A stretch of DNA of 64,000 nt from Chthoniobacterales bacterium (lineage in GTDB: Bacteria > Verrucomicrobiota > Verrucomicrobiia > Chthoniobacterales > Chthoniobacteraceae), in the NCBI GenBank assembly GCA_038207335.1, contig JBBQZX010000011.1, forward strand, positions 64,001 through 128,000, in the 5' to 3' direction. Shown in pieces: positions 38,455 through 48,669 of this stretch; positions within the stretch are counted from its first letter, which is position 1; each line of letters opens with the position of its first letter. The notes beneath the pieces were generated by a model. That model was not told the origin of the DNA, did not search any database, and saw only the letters and a list, made by a program, of their open reading frames with translations. A program made the translations under genes and the position numbers.

Positions 38455-39857
38455 TTGGCGCAGTCTTTGTCTTCCTGGCGTTCCGATCTGACCGGATGCG
38501 CGCTGAAGGCGACACGAAGGGATTGTTCTGGCCAACACTTTGGTATGTGGTCGTGGCCACCCACCCGCTGGGATACTGGCTGCAACTGTGGGGCATCCCC
38601 ATTCCCGGGCGCAGCGATGACCCCACCGAGGGCAGTTCCATCGACCGGTATTTTTTCCTGGCCCTCACGCTGACCGGCCTGCGGATTCTCGCCCGACGAA
38701 ACCTTGACTGGGGTGGCACCCTCCGCCGCAACCCCTGGCTCACGGCTCTTCTCGCCTTCATGGCCCTGAGCATCCTCTGGTCGCAATATCCCTTCGTTTC
38801 CTTCAAGCGTTTTATCAAAGTCATCGGCTCGGTCGCCATGGCCCTCGTTGTGCTGACCCAACCCGATCCGCTGGCTGCCTTCTGCACCGTCCTGCGACGC
38901 TGTCTGTATATTCATCTGCCGATGTCGATCATCGTCGCCAAGTATTTTCGCCACATTGGAGTGACCTTCGACTGGAATGGCACCGCCTCCGCTTGGTGCG
39001 GCATCGCAACCACCAAAAACGTGCTCGGCCAGGTCGCCATGCTCGGCGTGATCTACTTTTCCTGGCAAGTCCAGCGGCACTGGAAGGAATACGGGTGGCG
39101 AAACTTGCACGTCCTCTACGTGATGATGGCCCTTTACCTCCTCAAGGGAAACGGTGCCATCAGCTTAACCTCGGTCTCGGTTTGCGTTTTTGCGGTGCTC
39201 ATCTTTTTCCGCATCCAGTCGCTGCGCTTTCGTCAAGAAGCAGTCCGCCGGTTCGTCATGACTGTCTTCACCGCGACGGTCGCGCTGATCGTTCTGGTGC
39301 TGATCCACAGCGTGGTGGGGTTCTCGGCGGACTCGATTTTCGGCCGCTTGATCATCACAATGGGGAGGGACATTACGATGACAGACCGAACCTACATCTG
39401 GCATGATGTGTATGCGGCGGCCTCGGGGAATCCGCTTCTTGGCGTTGGTTTCGGTGGTTTCTGGATCGGGCGCATGGCCAATATTCCTTGGAACGCACCC
39501 ATGACCTGGGTTTTGGGCCAGGCCCACAGCGGATATTCGGATACTTACCTGCAACTTGGGTTCATCGGCGCGTTTCTGCTGGCCGGCGTGGTCTTCACGA
39601 CCCTCCCGCGGCTCCTGGCCACACTGGATGAAGATTTCGACTTCGCTTGTTTCCGGATCACGCTGTTCCTGACGATTCTCTTTATCAATATCTCGGAATC
39701 CACGCACCTCCGCGGCGACCACCATCTTTGGTTGATCTCCATGATTGTTCTCTGGAACGTCCCCGAGTTTTCGCGGCGCGCAAGGATTCGATCCACTAAC
39801 AGGAGTGCAAACCATCCCGAAAGCAATGTTGCAGATGCAATCCCAGCAGCGGCGTAG
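38430..39857 (+). CDS. O-antigen ligase / Wzy_C family membrane protein
   Basis: Multi-TM; KNVLG, GRDITMTDRTYIW, NPLLGVGFGGFW, QAHSGY...LQLGFIG. Confidence 0.88.
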   Translation: MPPNLALLIGAVFVFLAFRSDRMRAEGDTKGLFWPTLWYVVVATHPLGYWLQLWGIPIPGRSDDPTEGSSIDRYFFLALTLTGLRILARRNLDWGGTLRRNPWLTALLAFMALSILWSQYPFVSFKRFIKVIGSVAMALVVLTQPDPLAAFCTVLRRCLYIHLPMSIIVAKYFRHIGVTFDWNGTASAWCGIATTKNVLGQVAMLGVIYFSWQVQRHWKEYGWRNLHVLYVMMALYLLKGNGAISLTSVSVCVFAVLIFFRIQSLRFRQEAVRRFVMTVFTATVALIVLVLIHSVVGFSADSIFGRLIITMGRDITMTDRTYIWHDVYAAASGNPLLGVGFGGFWIGRMANIPWNAPMTWVLGQAHSGYSDTYLQLGFIGAFLLAGVVFTTLPRLLATLDEDFDFACFRITLFLTILFINISESTHLRGDHHLWLISMIVLWNVPEFSRRARIRSTNRSANHPESNVADAIPAAA

Positions 39858-39986
39858 ATGGCGCGGAAAATTGTATCGGACTGTAGAAAGGGCGTCTGCA
39901 TGGAAAGGCGTTCGCTCGACACCAGCTCGGGACGATTCCGTTCGTAGATGGCTTCCGGCAGGTACTGGAGGAGGCAGAACACTTCA

Positions 39987-41234
39987 GTGAACATCATTGT
40001 CACCGGCGGCTTTGAGCCCAATTTCGCGGTTGGATTCATCAAGGGACTCGCTGCGAACGGGGTGAAAGTGTGCGTGGTTTCCTGTGATGAAACAGCACCG
40101 CGCCTCGAGGAGGCTGGAATAGTTCATTTGAATTTGCGGGGCAGCCAGGCAGGCGAGCGACCTTTTTGGGTGAAGCTTGGGAACCTGGTTTGCTATTATG
40201 AACGACTGCTTCTGCTGCTGTTTCGGCATCGCGGGGCGACCGTTCATTTCACGGGCACTTTTCGAAACAAGTTCATCCTTTGGGATGGTCTCCTCATGAA
40301 TTTGTGTTTCCGCGCCCTGGCGGGTCGCTACCTCTACACCGTCCACAACGTGCTGCCGCATAGCCGTGAGCACAGCCGCTTTTTCCGTTGGGTCTATCAG
40401 AGAGTTTACCGGATTCCCCATATATTGCTCGTCCATACAGGACGCGCGCGTCGGCAGTTGATCGAGGAATTTGATGTTCCAGAATCCAAGATTCGCCTGA
40501 CCTCCATCGGGTTGAATGAGGAAATGCCGGTAACAGCCCTGACCCCTGCGGAGGCGCGCTCACGCTTGGGATTGGGAGCACAGGAGCGCGTCATCCTCTT
40601 TTTTGGGAAGATTGATGAGTACAAAGGTCTCGATCTGCTCCTTGATGCCTTTGAGCGTCTGGACGTGTATGAGGCGCGCCTGGTCATCGCGGGTGGCTTT
40701 CGATCGCAACCCTACCGTGACCGGATCCACTCGCAGTTGCGGCGCATGGAACGGAAATCACGCGTCTCCCTGTATGAACGGTTCATCCCCAATGAGGAAG
40801 CGGAGGTGTTCTTCAAGGCGGGTGATGTCCTCTGCCTGCCCTACCGCCACATTTACCAAAGCGGCCTCGTGTTCCTTGGGCCCCGATTTGGGATTCCAAT
40901 GGTCACAACGGATGTCGGTTCGTTGAGAGAATTTGTGGGCGGAGAGTTCGGAATCGTGACCGCGAGCAATGATGCTGCCGGCGTCGCCTCTGCCTTGGAA
41001 TTATTCTTCAGGAATCCAAGCCGATTCTCCCGCGAGGAGATCTTGGCGCAAGCACAGAATTACCGCTGGGAGGTGGTATGCCGCGAGTTGGTGCCTCTTT
41101 ACGCGAGCCGCTCTTCCGGGACCGTCAGTTTCGCCGTTTCGCAGACAAGCTCGGAATCCGGATGCCGATCCGATAACCTTTATATTGCCGCCCGGGAAAA
41201 ACCCTGTTCGAAACTTGAGGGGCAACGCCTGTGA
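39987..41234 (+). CDS. GT4 glycosyltransferase
   Basis: GTG start downstream of GGAGGAGG; TVHNVLPH, FFGKIDEYKGLD, LPYRHIYQSG. Confidence 0.9.
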   Translation: MNIIVTGGFEPNFAVGFIKGLAANGVKVCVVSCDETAPRLEEAGIVHLNLRGSQAGERPFWVKLGNLVCYYERLLLLLFRHRGATVHFTGTFRNKFILWDGLLMNLCFRALAGRYLYTVHNVLPHSREHSRFFRWVYQRVYRIPHILLVHTGRARRQLIEEFDVPESKIRLTSIGLNEEMPVTALTPAEARSRLGLGAQERVILFFGKIDEYKGLDLLLDAFERLDVYEARLVIAGGFRSQPYRDRIHSQLRRMERKSRVSLYERFIPNEEAEVFFKAGDVLCLPYRHIYQSGLVFLGPRFGIPMVTTDVGSLREFVGGEFGIVTASNDAAGVASALELFFRNPSRFSREEILAQAQNYRWEVVCRELVPLYASRSSGTVSFAVSQTSSESGCRSDNLYIAAREKPCSKLEGQRL

Positions 41235-42319
41235 AGAAAGTCCTCCTCATCTCGAACAAGGTTTTTCATTACCGTGTGTCGAACTACAACTACTTCGCGC
41301 GACGGTTCCGGGAGGAGGGGTGGGAGTTCTATATGCGGGCCAACGAACTGCAAACGAACAATCCGTTCGCCCTGGAGTTCGACTTTCGCGAAATCCCTTT
41401 CAGCTTCCTCGCCTACCGTCGCGAGATTGAGCGACTGAATCCCGATGTCGTCATCCTTTTCCTGCACCTGAAGAACCTCATCATCTGGCCGCTGCTGCAC
41501 TGGCTGAAACTCAAGGGCATCAAGGTTGTTTACTGGAACAAGGGCATCAACCTCGAGGTGCGCAATCCGCGCCTGAGAAATCTTCCCTTCTACTACATTC
41601 ATTCGCTCTGCGACGGCATCATTCTCTACTCGAAGCATGAAATCCCGGACATCAAACCAAAGAACCGGCACAAAGTCTCGGTCGCCAACAACGCCGTCAA
41701 TTTCACCGCTTTCCCGGAAATTCACGAAACGCCGGCCGAGATCAAAGCCGAATTTGGCATTCCCTTTGATAAAGTCGTCCTCTTTGTGGGACGGATGCGG
41801 CCCGTCAAGAAGGTTGAGCACCTCATCGAGATCTTCAACCGGATCGGCGAACCGGGCTGCGGCTGCGTGATCGTCGGTGACCGGATGGATTACGACCTCG
41901 CGAGCCTGATCCACGGGGACAACATCCGGTATCTCGGCGAGATCTTTGATCCCGGAAACGTCCAGATCAGCAAACTTTTCAAGATGGCGGATCTTTTCGT
42001 GATTCCAGGCGACGTCGGACTCGGCATGAACCAGGCATTTTACTGGGGGCTTCCCGTCGTCACTGAGGACGGACTCCAGCCCCCCGAAATCCACTATCTC
42101 ACCCATGGCCGGAACGGATTCATTGTGCCGGAAAACGATATCGCGGCGCTGCGGAAGAAAACTCTCCTGCTCCTCAAAGACGATGTCCTCCGGGCCGAGT
42201 TCTCCCGCAACGCGCGGGAAGATATCCGCCGCGAGGCTTCTGTCGAAACCATGTTCCAGGGATTCCTTGAATGCGTCTCGAGTCTTACGGGATCCTCTGC
42301 TCCGATCCAGCTGTCTTGA
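41231..42319 (+). CDS. GT4 glycosyltransferase
   Basis: LFVGRMRPVKK, FVIPGDVGLGMNQAFYWGLPVVT. Confidence 0.9.
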   Translation: MKKVLLISNKVFHYRVSNYNYFARRFREEGWEFYMRANELQTNNPFALEFDFREIPFSFLAYRREIERLNPDVVILFLHLKNLIIWPLLHWLKLKGIKVVYWNKGINLEVRNPRLRNLPFYYIHSLCDGIILYSKHEIPDIKPKNRHKVSVANNAVNFTAFPEIHETPAEIKAEFGIPFDKVVLFVGRMRPVKKVEHLIEIFNRIGEPGCGCVIVGDRMDYDLASLIHGDNIRYLGEIFDPGNVQISKLFKMADLFVIPGDVGLGMNQAFYWGLPVVTEDGLQPPEIHYLTHGRNGFIVPENDIAALRKKTLLLLKDDVLRAEFSRNAREDIRREASVETMFQGFLECVSSLTGSSAPIQLS

Positions 42320-42330
42320 TTCCCTCGTCC

Positions 42331-43650
42331 ATGCCGCGATTCGCGCAATCTGACCCACTTCCGATGACCACCAACCCCAATCAGAAGATCATGGCGGTTG
42401 CTGTCCGCTTCGCCGATTGGCTCAGGCGCTACGGTGAGACGTCTCAGGATCATCAGGATTTCTACGCCAGCAAGGTCGGACGCGCGGCGAAGAATCTGTA
42501 CTACAAGAACCGGCTGGTGGGCACGCTGGCCGTCGCTCCCATGGTCTTTTGCGAGGCATTCGCTCCCTGGACGCGGCGCTTCTTTTTCCCCCGTATGCGG
42601 CTGCCGATCGCGGATGCCCATTTCGCGATGGGCTTTGCCTACCTCCATCAAGCCACCGGCGAGCGGCGCTATCTGGATCGGGCCGTCCACTTCCTCGACG
42701 TGCTCGAAAACACCCGCTGTCCCGGTTACCAAAATCACGGGTGGGGATATCCTTTCGATTGGCAAACGCAAGGGGGTATTCTCGCCCAAGGAACCCCCCT
42801 CATTACCACGACACCCTATTGTTATGAGGCCTTTGACGCCGTTTACCGGATCGGTGGAAATCCGGCTTGGCGTGCGGTGATGCGGTCCACCGCAGACCAT
42901 GCTCTGGAGGATTATGTGGATCACGAAACGCGGCCCGGCGCGGCGAGCTGCTCCTACACCCCCCAGGCGGGGGGAAACGTGGTGAACGCCAGCGCCTACC
43001 GCGCGGGGTTGCTCCTTCAGGCCTTCGAAACTTTTGGGGACGACCGCTACCGCGAAGCGGCGGAGCGAAACCTGGCCTTTGTGCTCGATAGCCAGAACGG
43101 CGACGGTTCGTGGCCCTATGCCGTGGATGGCAAACGTGGTTTTATCGACCACTTTCATACCTGCTTCGTGCTTAAGGCTCTCGCGAAGGCGGAAAGGGTC
43201 ACGGGCGATCCTTTGTTGTCCCGCTCGATTGAGCGTGGTGTTCGCTACTACGTGGATCACCTGTTCGATGGCCACAGTCTCCCCAAACCGTTTTCGCAAC
43301 GACCGCGCCTGACTGTTTACCGGCGCGAACTTTACGACGGCGCCGAGTGTCTGAATCTCGGCGCTCTCCTTCGCGGGCGGTTTCCGCATCTCGACAGGGT
43401 GGTGGATCGCACCCTCGAAGACTTTTTGAGGAACTGGGTGCAGCCGACCGGGGCATTTCGGAGCCGAAAATTGCTCCTCGGCTGGGACAACGTCCCAATG
43501 CATCGCTGGGGCCAGTCCGAAATCTTCCGCAGCCTGGCGCAGTGGTTGGTTTTGGAAAATGCAACGGCGTCTTCTCGGAAAAAAGAGACTCGCGTCAACG
43601 GCGGCGAGATCGCCGATTCACATGCAAACCAAGCCAATTCGGCCATCTGA
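42331..43650 (+). CDS. Hypothetical alpha/alpha-toroid-like protein (start 42331 or 42364)
   Basis: WGYPFDWQ, SQNGDGSWPY, IDHFHTCF, HRWGQS. Confidence 0.75.
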   Translation: MPRFAQSDPLPMTTNPNQKIMAVAVRFADWLRRYGETSQDHQDFYASKVGRAAKNLYYKNRLVGTLAVAPMVFCEAFAPWTRRFFFPRMRLPIADAHFAMGFAYLHQATGERRYLDRAVHFLDVLENTRCPGYQNHGWGYPFDWQTQGGILAQGTPLITTTPYCYEAFDAVYRIGGNPAWRAVMRSTADHALEDYVDHETRPGAASCSYTPQAGGNVVNASAYRAGLLLQAFETFGDDRYREAAERNLAFVLDSQNGDGSWPYAVDGKRGFIDHFHTCFVLKALAKAERVTGDPLLSRSIERGVRYYVDHLFDGHSLPKPFSQRPRLTVYRRELYDGAECLNLGALLRGRFPHLDRVVDRTLEDFLRNWVQPTGAFRSRKLLLGWDNVPMHRWGQSEIFRSLAQWLVLENATASSRKKETRVNGGEIADSHANQANSAI

Positions 43651-43930
43651 CGAGTCCACTGCTGCGGGCTGTGAATCCGCGATGGCGGCAAGAATTGGAT
43701 CCGCAACAATTGGCGGGCGAGGAATGACAGCACGTTGCGCTTTGCGAACCGGGTGCTACAAGCACTTGGCCTGCGAGGCTCGAAGTAGCCTATCACCGCC
43801 GTTTCGCACAAACGGGCACAAATAATGCTTACAACTTGCCTGTCCTCCGTTTCTTCACGAGAATCCGCTCAGCCATTGGCCGTCCAGAACACGCTCTCAT
43901 CAAAATACATCATTAGCACTTAAGCAACAT

Positions 43931-45601
43931 ATGAAACATATCTTATTATCGATCATTGCCGCTTGGGTCTTTTTACCGAGTGCCTACGCAAAAACAATCA
44001 ATTGCCCTACATGTTCTCAGGATGATTTTGAACACGCGTATTATGTCGAGTCCGCCCCCGGCGACACGATTGTTTTGCCAGCCGGTGCGGCGACTTGGGG
44101 CAATTCATCGAGGGGCAATCGAGGAATTATCTATATTATAACCGACGTAACCGTGATCGGGCAGGGTGACAGCACCGTCATCACCCTTGATGATACAGGC
44201 GCCACCTACGCAAATGGTGTAATCGCCCTGTGGAGTGCAGCTACTTTTAAGCATTTCAAAATCGTTGGGAGCAATGCCCAGCCTGTGACCGCTTTCAACA
44301 GCTCGCCCTACTACAACCCAACAACCAAAATCAATTTCACAGGGGGCTTTAGAATTTCGGATATAACCTACGTCGGCGGAACTAAGGGTGGATATATGGC
44401 CTTTGTCTCTCCAGACACCACCCATGGCTTGGTCGACAATTGTCGCATGACAGGAACGGTTGGCAACACCGAGATGGTCTTTGTCCGCGGACCGAGGAAT
44501 GCGTGGCAATCGGCGGATACACTCGGCGGCGCAAACAACATCTTCATCGAAAATTGCACCTATTCGGGTGAATGTTATGTTTGTGATGCCAACTCCAACG
44601 CCCGGGTCGTGGTTCGCTACTGCACGATCAACGGTCAGATCAAGGTCGATGGGCATGGTGTTGCGAGCAACAGCCCGCCTCGAAGTTTCAGGAACATGGA
44701 GGTTTATGGCAACAAGTGGATTGCCGACACGCAGGCATCCGCTGCCATCGAGATGCGGGGAGGCACTTTCATGATCTTCGACAATACCTCAGTCAATACT
44801 CATGGAGAGAATGGCGATTGGTTTTTCCTGACGGACTACGGATACATAGCGTTGTGGCCGAATTTTGCCTTTGTCTATCAAGTGCCTCCCGACTTTGCCC
44901 CAATTACAGACCAGGTCGGCATGGGCAAGGATCCCAAGGCGGCTCACAGCCAGCCAGGCTATTTGTGGAATAATCTCAAAAACGGCGCCCCATGGACACG
45001 CACTCTTAAGGAGCTTATCGATATCACTACCGCCACCGACTCGATCGGCTATCCGATCGGTGCAACTTCGATCAACGTGACTTCGATGCCAAGGCCAATG
45101 TATCCGGGAAACGGCGTCGCGTTTTCTGGTGATAATCATCGTTATTTCATCAGCAGTATCACACCGGATCCTGTAGCGACACCGACTGCCATTACGATCG
45201 AAGCTCCGGGACTGGCTCAGGCAATTCCCGCAGCTGCCACCACTGTCACAATGGGGACGAACACAAGCTATCAAAAGCGGAGCAACGATCCCACCGCGAC
45301 CTTTAGCGAGAGCCTCGTAATACAGAGCAACCGGGATTTTTTCGCCGATGCCGGATTTGACACAAACACGGGCGTAAGACGCGGCACCAAAGCGCAGATG
45401 CTCGCCTTTTCCCCATCTCTGATCGGATATGGCTGGTGGGTGACCAATGAGGGCAACTGGAACGCTTCCCAGCCTGGAACCAGCGGATTGCTTTATGTCT
45501 GGAACGGAAGCAACTGGGGTTTGAAATACACGCCCTACCCCTATCCACACCCGATGAGGACACCGGCGGCTCCATCCCGTCTGATAATCATCGGAAAGTA
45601 G
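43931..45601 (+). CDS. Secreted parallel beta-helix (pectate-lyase-like fold) protein
   Basis: Signal peptide ending SAYA-K; PGDTIVLPAG; FIENCT, VVRYCT, EVYGN-type repeats; C-terminal YTPYPYPHP. Confidence 0.75.
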   Translation: MKHILLSIIAAWVFLPSAYAKTINCPTCSQDDFEHAYYVESAPGDTIVLPAGAATWGNSSRGNRGIIYIITDVTVIGQGDSTVITLDDTGATYANGVIALWSAATFKHFKIVGSNAQPVTAFNSSPYYNPTTKINFTGGFRISDITYVGGTKGGYMAFVSPDTTHGLVDNCRMTGTVGNTEMVFVRGPRNAWQSADTLGGANNIFIENCTYSGECYVCDANSNARVVVRYCTINGQIKVDGHGVASNSPPRSFRNMEVYGNKWIADTQASAAIEMRGGTFMIFDNTSVNTHGENGDWFFLTDYGYIALWPNFAFVYQVPPDFAPITDQVGMGKDPKAAHSQPGYLWNNLKNGAPWTRTLKELIDITTATDSIGYPIGATSINVTSMPRPMYPGNGVAFSGDNHRYFISSITPDPVATPTAITIEAPGLAQAIPAAATTVTMGTNTSYQKRSNDPTATFSESLVIQSNRDFFADAGFDTNTGVRRGTKAQMLAFSPSLIGYGWWVTNEGNWNASQPGTSGLLYVWNGSNWGLKYTPYPYPHPMRTPAAPSRLIIIGK

Positions 45602-45790
45602 TACTGCGTTAACGTGAGCGGGTGAAATGGACGGCCGAGGTGCGAGTGCGAAGATTCGGAGTGATCGATTCGACGGGCTGGACACCTTTTGCGCTGCACC
45701 CATGGCAAACAGTTTCAAACCCGCCTGGCGATCATTCCGGCATTTCTGCATAAGGATAACCCAATACATGAAAGACGAGATTCCCTGACT

Positions 45791-47692
45791 GTGTGTGGCA
45801 TAACAGGCCAGTTTGATTTCAACAACCGTGGCGCTGCGATCGATCGCGATCGCCTCATTCGGATGACAAGGACGCTAGTCCACCGCGGACCGGACGACGA
45901 AGGTATCTACTCGAACGGGGCACTTGGACTGGGCTTCCGCCGCTTGGCGATCCTCGACCTCAGTCCTGCCGGGCATCAGCCGATGTCGGATCCGTCGGGA
46001 AAGGTCTGGGCCGTTTTTAATGGGGAGATTTATAACTTCCGCGAGGTGCGGAGGGAACTTGAGGCGAATGGTCATGTCTTTCGCAGCCAGACCGACACCG
46101 AGGCGATCGTGCTTGGTTATGTCCAGTGGGGAGATGCCGTCTTGCGGAAGCTCAACGGGATGTTTGGCCTCGCCATTTGGGATGAAGCGAAGCAGCGCCT
46201 ATTGGTGGCGAGGGATGCGATGGGGATCAAACCCGTCTATTATTCGGTGGATCGGAACGTGCTGACTTTCGGCTCGGAAATACGGGCGGTTGTCGCCGGG
46301 ATGGATTACCGTCCGAAGGTTGATCCACTCGCGGTGAGTCTATTCCTTCGTTATCGATATACTCCGGCACCGCTGACCACGTTCGCCGGAGTGCGAAAGC
46401 TCGCACCCGGCGAGATGATCGTCGTGGATCAGGGAAAACTGGAAATCCGTCGCTGGTATGAGTTCACCCCCACGCCATTTCACAAGCAACCATCCGATGA
46501 AGAGGCGACTGAAACCCTGCTTGAGCTTTACCGCGCCGCAGTGAAGCGTCACCTCATCAGCGATGTCCCTGTGGGGTTGCTGCTGAGCGGTGGCATCGAT
46601 TCGGGCCTCCTGCTGGGGTTGATGAGTGAATGCGGCCGGGATTGGCCAACCTATACAGTGGGTTATGGAGATAGTTTTCGCGACGACGAACTCAAGGATG
46701 CTGCGGAAACCGCCCGCCTCTACGGCAGCTCGAACACGGTTGTCACGCTCGATCGCCAGAAATTTGAAGAAGCTTTGCCGCAGATTGTCGGCTCCATGGA
46801 AGAACCGATTGCATCGTCCTCCATCGTGCCAATGGACTTTGTCTGCCGGCGGGCGCGCCAGGACGTAACCGTGGCGCTGGTCGGGCAGGGGCCGGATGAA
46901 TTGCTCGGCGGCTACACGCGGCATCTGGGGGTTGCCTACGGGGCCGCTTGGCGAAAGCTCCCGGCTGCGGTCCGCAGCCTCTTGTCGGCGGCAGTCAATG
47001 TGCTGCCGCGCGGCGAGTCGCTCAAACGAGGCGTTTACGCGCTTGGCATCGAAGACCGGCTCCGGCGTTGCCAGCATGTGTTTTCGGTTAAGCCGGGCGA
47101 AACGATTACCTCGCTCTTCCGTCCCGGCGTGCTCCCGGAGGGAGCGGACGATGCCGTTCTCGACTGCTGGAACGTGCATCGCTCGGCCATCAACGGTCTC
47201 GACGAACTTGGTGGGCTCCAGCTTCTCGAATTGCGCTCGTCGCTCCCCGACGAACTGCTCATGTATGGCGACAAAATCTCGATGGCGCATTCGCTGGAGG
47301 CCAGGGTGCCCTTTCTTGACCGCGAGGTCGTCGAGTACGTTCAGCGGCTGGGTCCGCAATTCAAGGTGCGCCACGGTCAGCGTAAATGGCTCCACCGTCG
47401 CGTGTGCCGCAAGTTCCTCCCCGCTTCGATCATCAGGCGCAAGAAGCGCGGATTCGCCGTCAACGTGGTGGACGACTGGTTTCGCAGTTCGGTGACCGGG
47501 GAGATGCGCAACCATCTGCTCGACCACAAGTCGCTGATGTTCGAATTCCTCGATCCTGACGCGGTCGCGAAGCTGCACAGCGAACACGCCGCGGGCCGGC
47601 GGGATCACCACAAGATTCTCTTCAGTCTCGTCATCTTTGAAGTATGGCTGCGCGCCAATCATGGAGCCACCGGAGAATTGCGGAAATGGTGA
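45791..47692 (+). CDS. asnB: Asparagine synthase-like glutamine amidotransferase
   Basis: GTG start then CGITG (N-terminal Cys), HRGPD, FNGEIYNF, LLSGGIDS, GPDELLGGY, EARVPFLD. Confidence 0.94.
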   Translation: MCGITGQFDFNNRGAAIDRDRLIRMTRTLVHRGPDDEGIYSNGALGLGFRRLAILDLSPAGHQPMSDPSGKVWAVFNGEIYNFREVRRELEANGHVFRSQTDTEAIVLGYVQWGDAVLRKLNGMFGLAIWDEAKQRLLVARDAMGIKPVYYSVDRNVLTFGSEIRAVVAGMDYRPKVDPLAVSLFLRYRYTPAPLTTFAGVRKLAPGEMIVVDQGKLEIRRWYEFTPTPFHKQPSDEEATETLLELYRAAVKRHLISDVPVGLLLSGGIDSGLLLGLMSECGRDWPTYTVGYGDSFRDDELKDAAETARLYGSSNTVVTLDRQKFEEALPQIVGSMEEPIASSSIVPMDFVCRRARQDVTVALVGQGPDELLGGYTRHLGVAYGAAWRKLPAAVRSLLSAAVNVLPRGESLKRGVYALGIEDRLRRCQHVFSVKPGETITSLFRPGVLPEGADDAVLDCWNVHRSAINGLDELGGLQLLELRSSLPDELLMYGDKISMAHSLEARVPFLDREVVEYVQRLGPQFKVRHGQRKWLHRRVCRKFLPASIIRRKKRGFAVNVVDDWFRSSVTGEMRNHLLDHKSLMFEFLDPDAVAKLHSEHAAGRRDHHKILFSLVIFEVWLRANHGATGELRKW

Positions 47693-47940
47693 CGATCAGC
47701 CGGGTTTTCGGTCGCGGACGACGCTCGCATTCCGTGATCCCGGCCCTGGCTTTGACTTTTGTCGGGACAGATCTGCGCTACGGTGGAGAGCAAGACTTTG
47801 GTCTGTGGAAGATTGCCGGATAGTTTGAAGTCATTACGCGCGGTGAAGAATGTGTCGCGCTAAGTTTGGAGGGAAACCAAGCGCAATGCAGACCGCTGAA
47901 CGCAATGATCGTTGCTAGCTAAGTTGGGGTCACTTGTTCC

Positions 47941-48603
47941 ATGCATCTTTCACTTTTCAAGCGCCGCACCGGTTGGTGGCCCACTCCTCTGGGTTGGCTG
48001 GCGTTGGCTTCGCTCATTCTTGGCCCGCCGGTGCTGTGGTGGTTTGAAGGCGAGCGATTCCTTTCCGTCACGCACCGATTGCCGGCCGACGTTCTTGTGA
48101 TTGAAGGGTGGGTGGGTGTCGAGGCACTGAAGGCTGCCGTGTTGGAATTCGAACAGGGACGCTATCAATATGTCGTGACCACAGGTGGACTAACTTCTGA
48201 GCATTGGAGGCAAAGCCGCTGGAGTTACGCCGAGATGGCCAAGCACGAGCTGTTACAAGCCGGCATTCCGGCGGAGCGGATTATTCTCGCTCCGGCGAAG
48301 GACGTGGAACGCGGAAGAACCTATGAATCGGCGGTATCAACTTGGAAAGCCCTCGCCGAACGAGGGATTCACCCGAAGCAAATCAATCTACTGACCCTCG
48401 GACCCCACGCACTGCGGAGCCGGCTGACTTTTTCCAGAGCCGCCAATTCCGAGAGCGAAGTGGGCACCATCGCTTGGGTTCCGTCCGAGTATCAGGGGCA
48501 GCATTGGTGGCAGTCGAGCGAACGGGCGAGGGATTTAATCACAGAAACGGTCGCGTATTTGTTTGAGCTGATCTTCCGCTCCGGGCGGCACGCGAGGCAA
48601 TAA
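47941..48603 (+). CDS. YdcF/DUF218 (ElyC/SanA-like) protein
   Basis: N-terminal TM, VIEGW, VTTGG, RTYESA, TLGPHALRS. Confidence 0.8.
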   Translation: MHLSLFKRRTGWWPTPLGWLALASLILGPPVLWWFEGERFLSVTHRLPADVLVIEGWVGVEALKAAVLEFEQGRYQYVVTTGGLTSEHWRQSRWSYAEMAKHELLQAGIPAERIILAPAKDVERGRTYESAVSTWKALAERGIHPKQINLLTLGPHALRSRLTFSRAANSESEVGTIAWVPSEYQGQHWWQSSERARDLITETVAYLFELIFRSGRHARQ

Positions 48604-48669
48604 AGAATTACCGAGCAAAGTGAACATTAAACCTTATTTAGTGAGAAGCGGCGGTTGATTATGATCTTT

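Noticed and set aside
43766..43782. TGGCCTGCGAGG, resembling the promoter at 56787
   Set aside because: No GC at the -12 position.
41180..47662. Long minus-strand ORFs (41180-42358, 42094-43503, 46340-47662)
   Set aside because: Antisense shadows of the glycosyltransferase, toroid and asnB genes.
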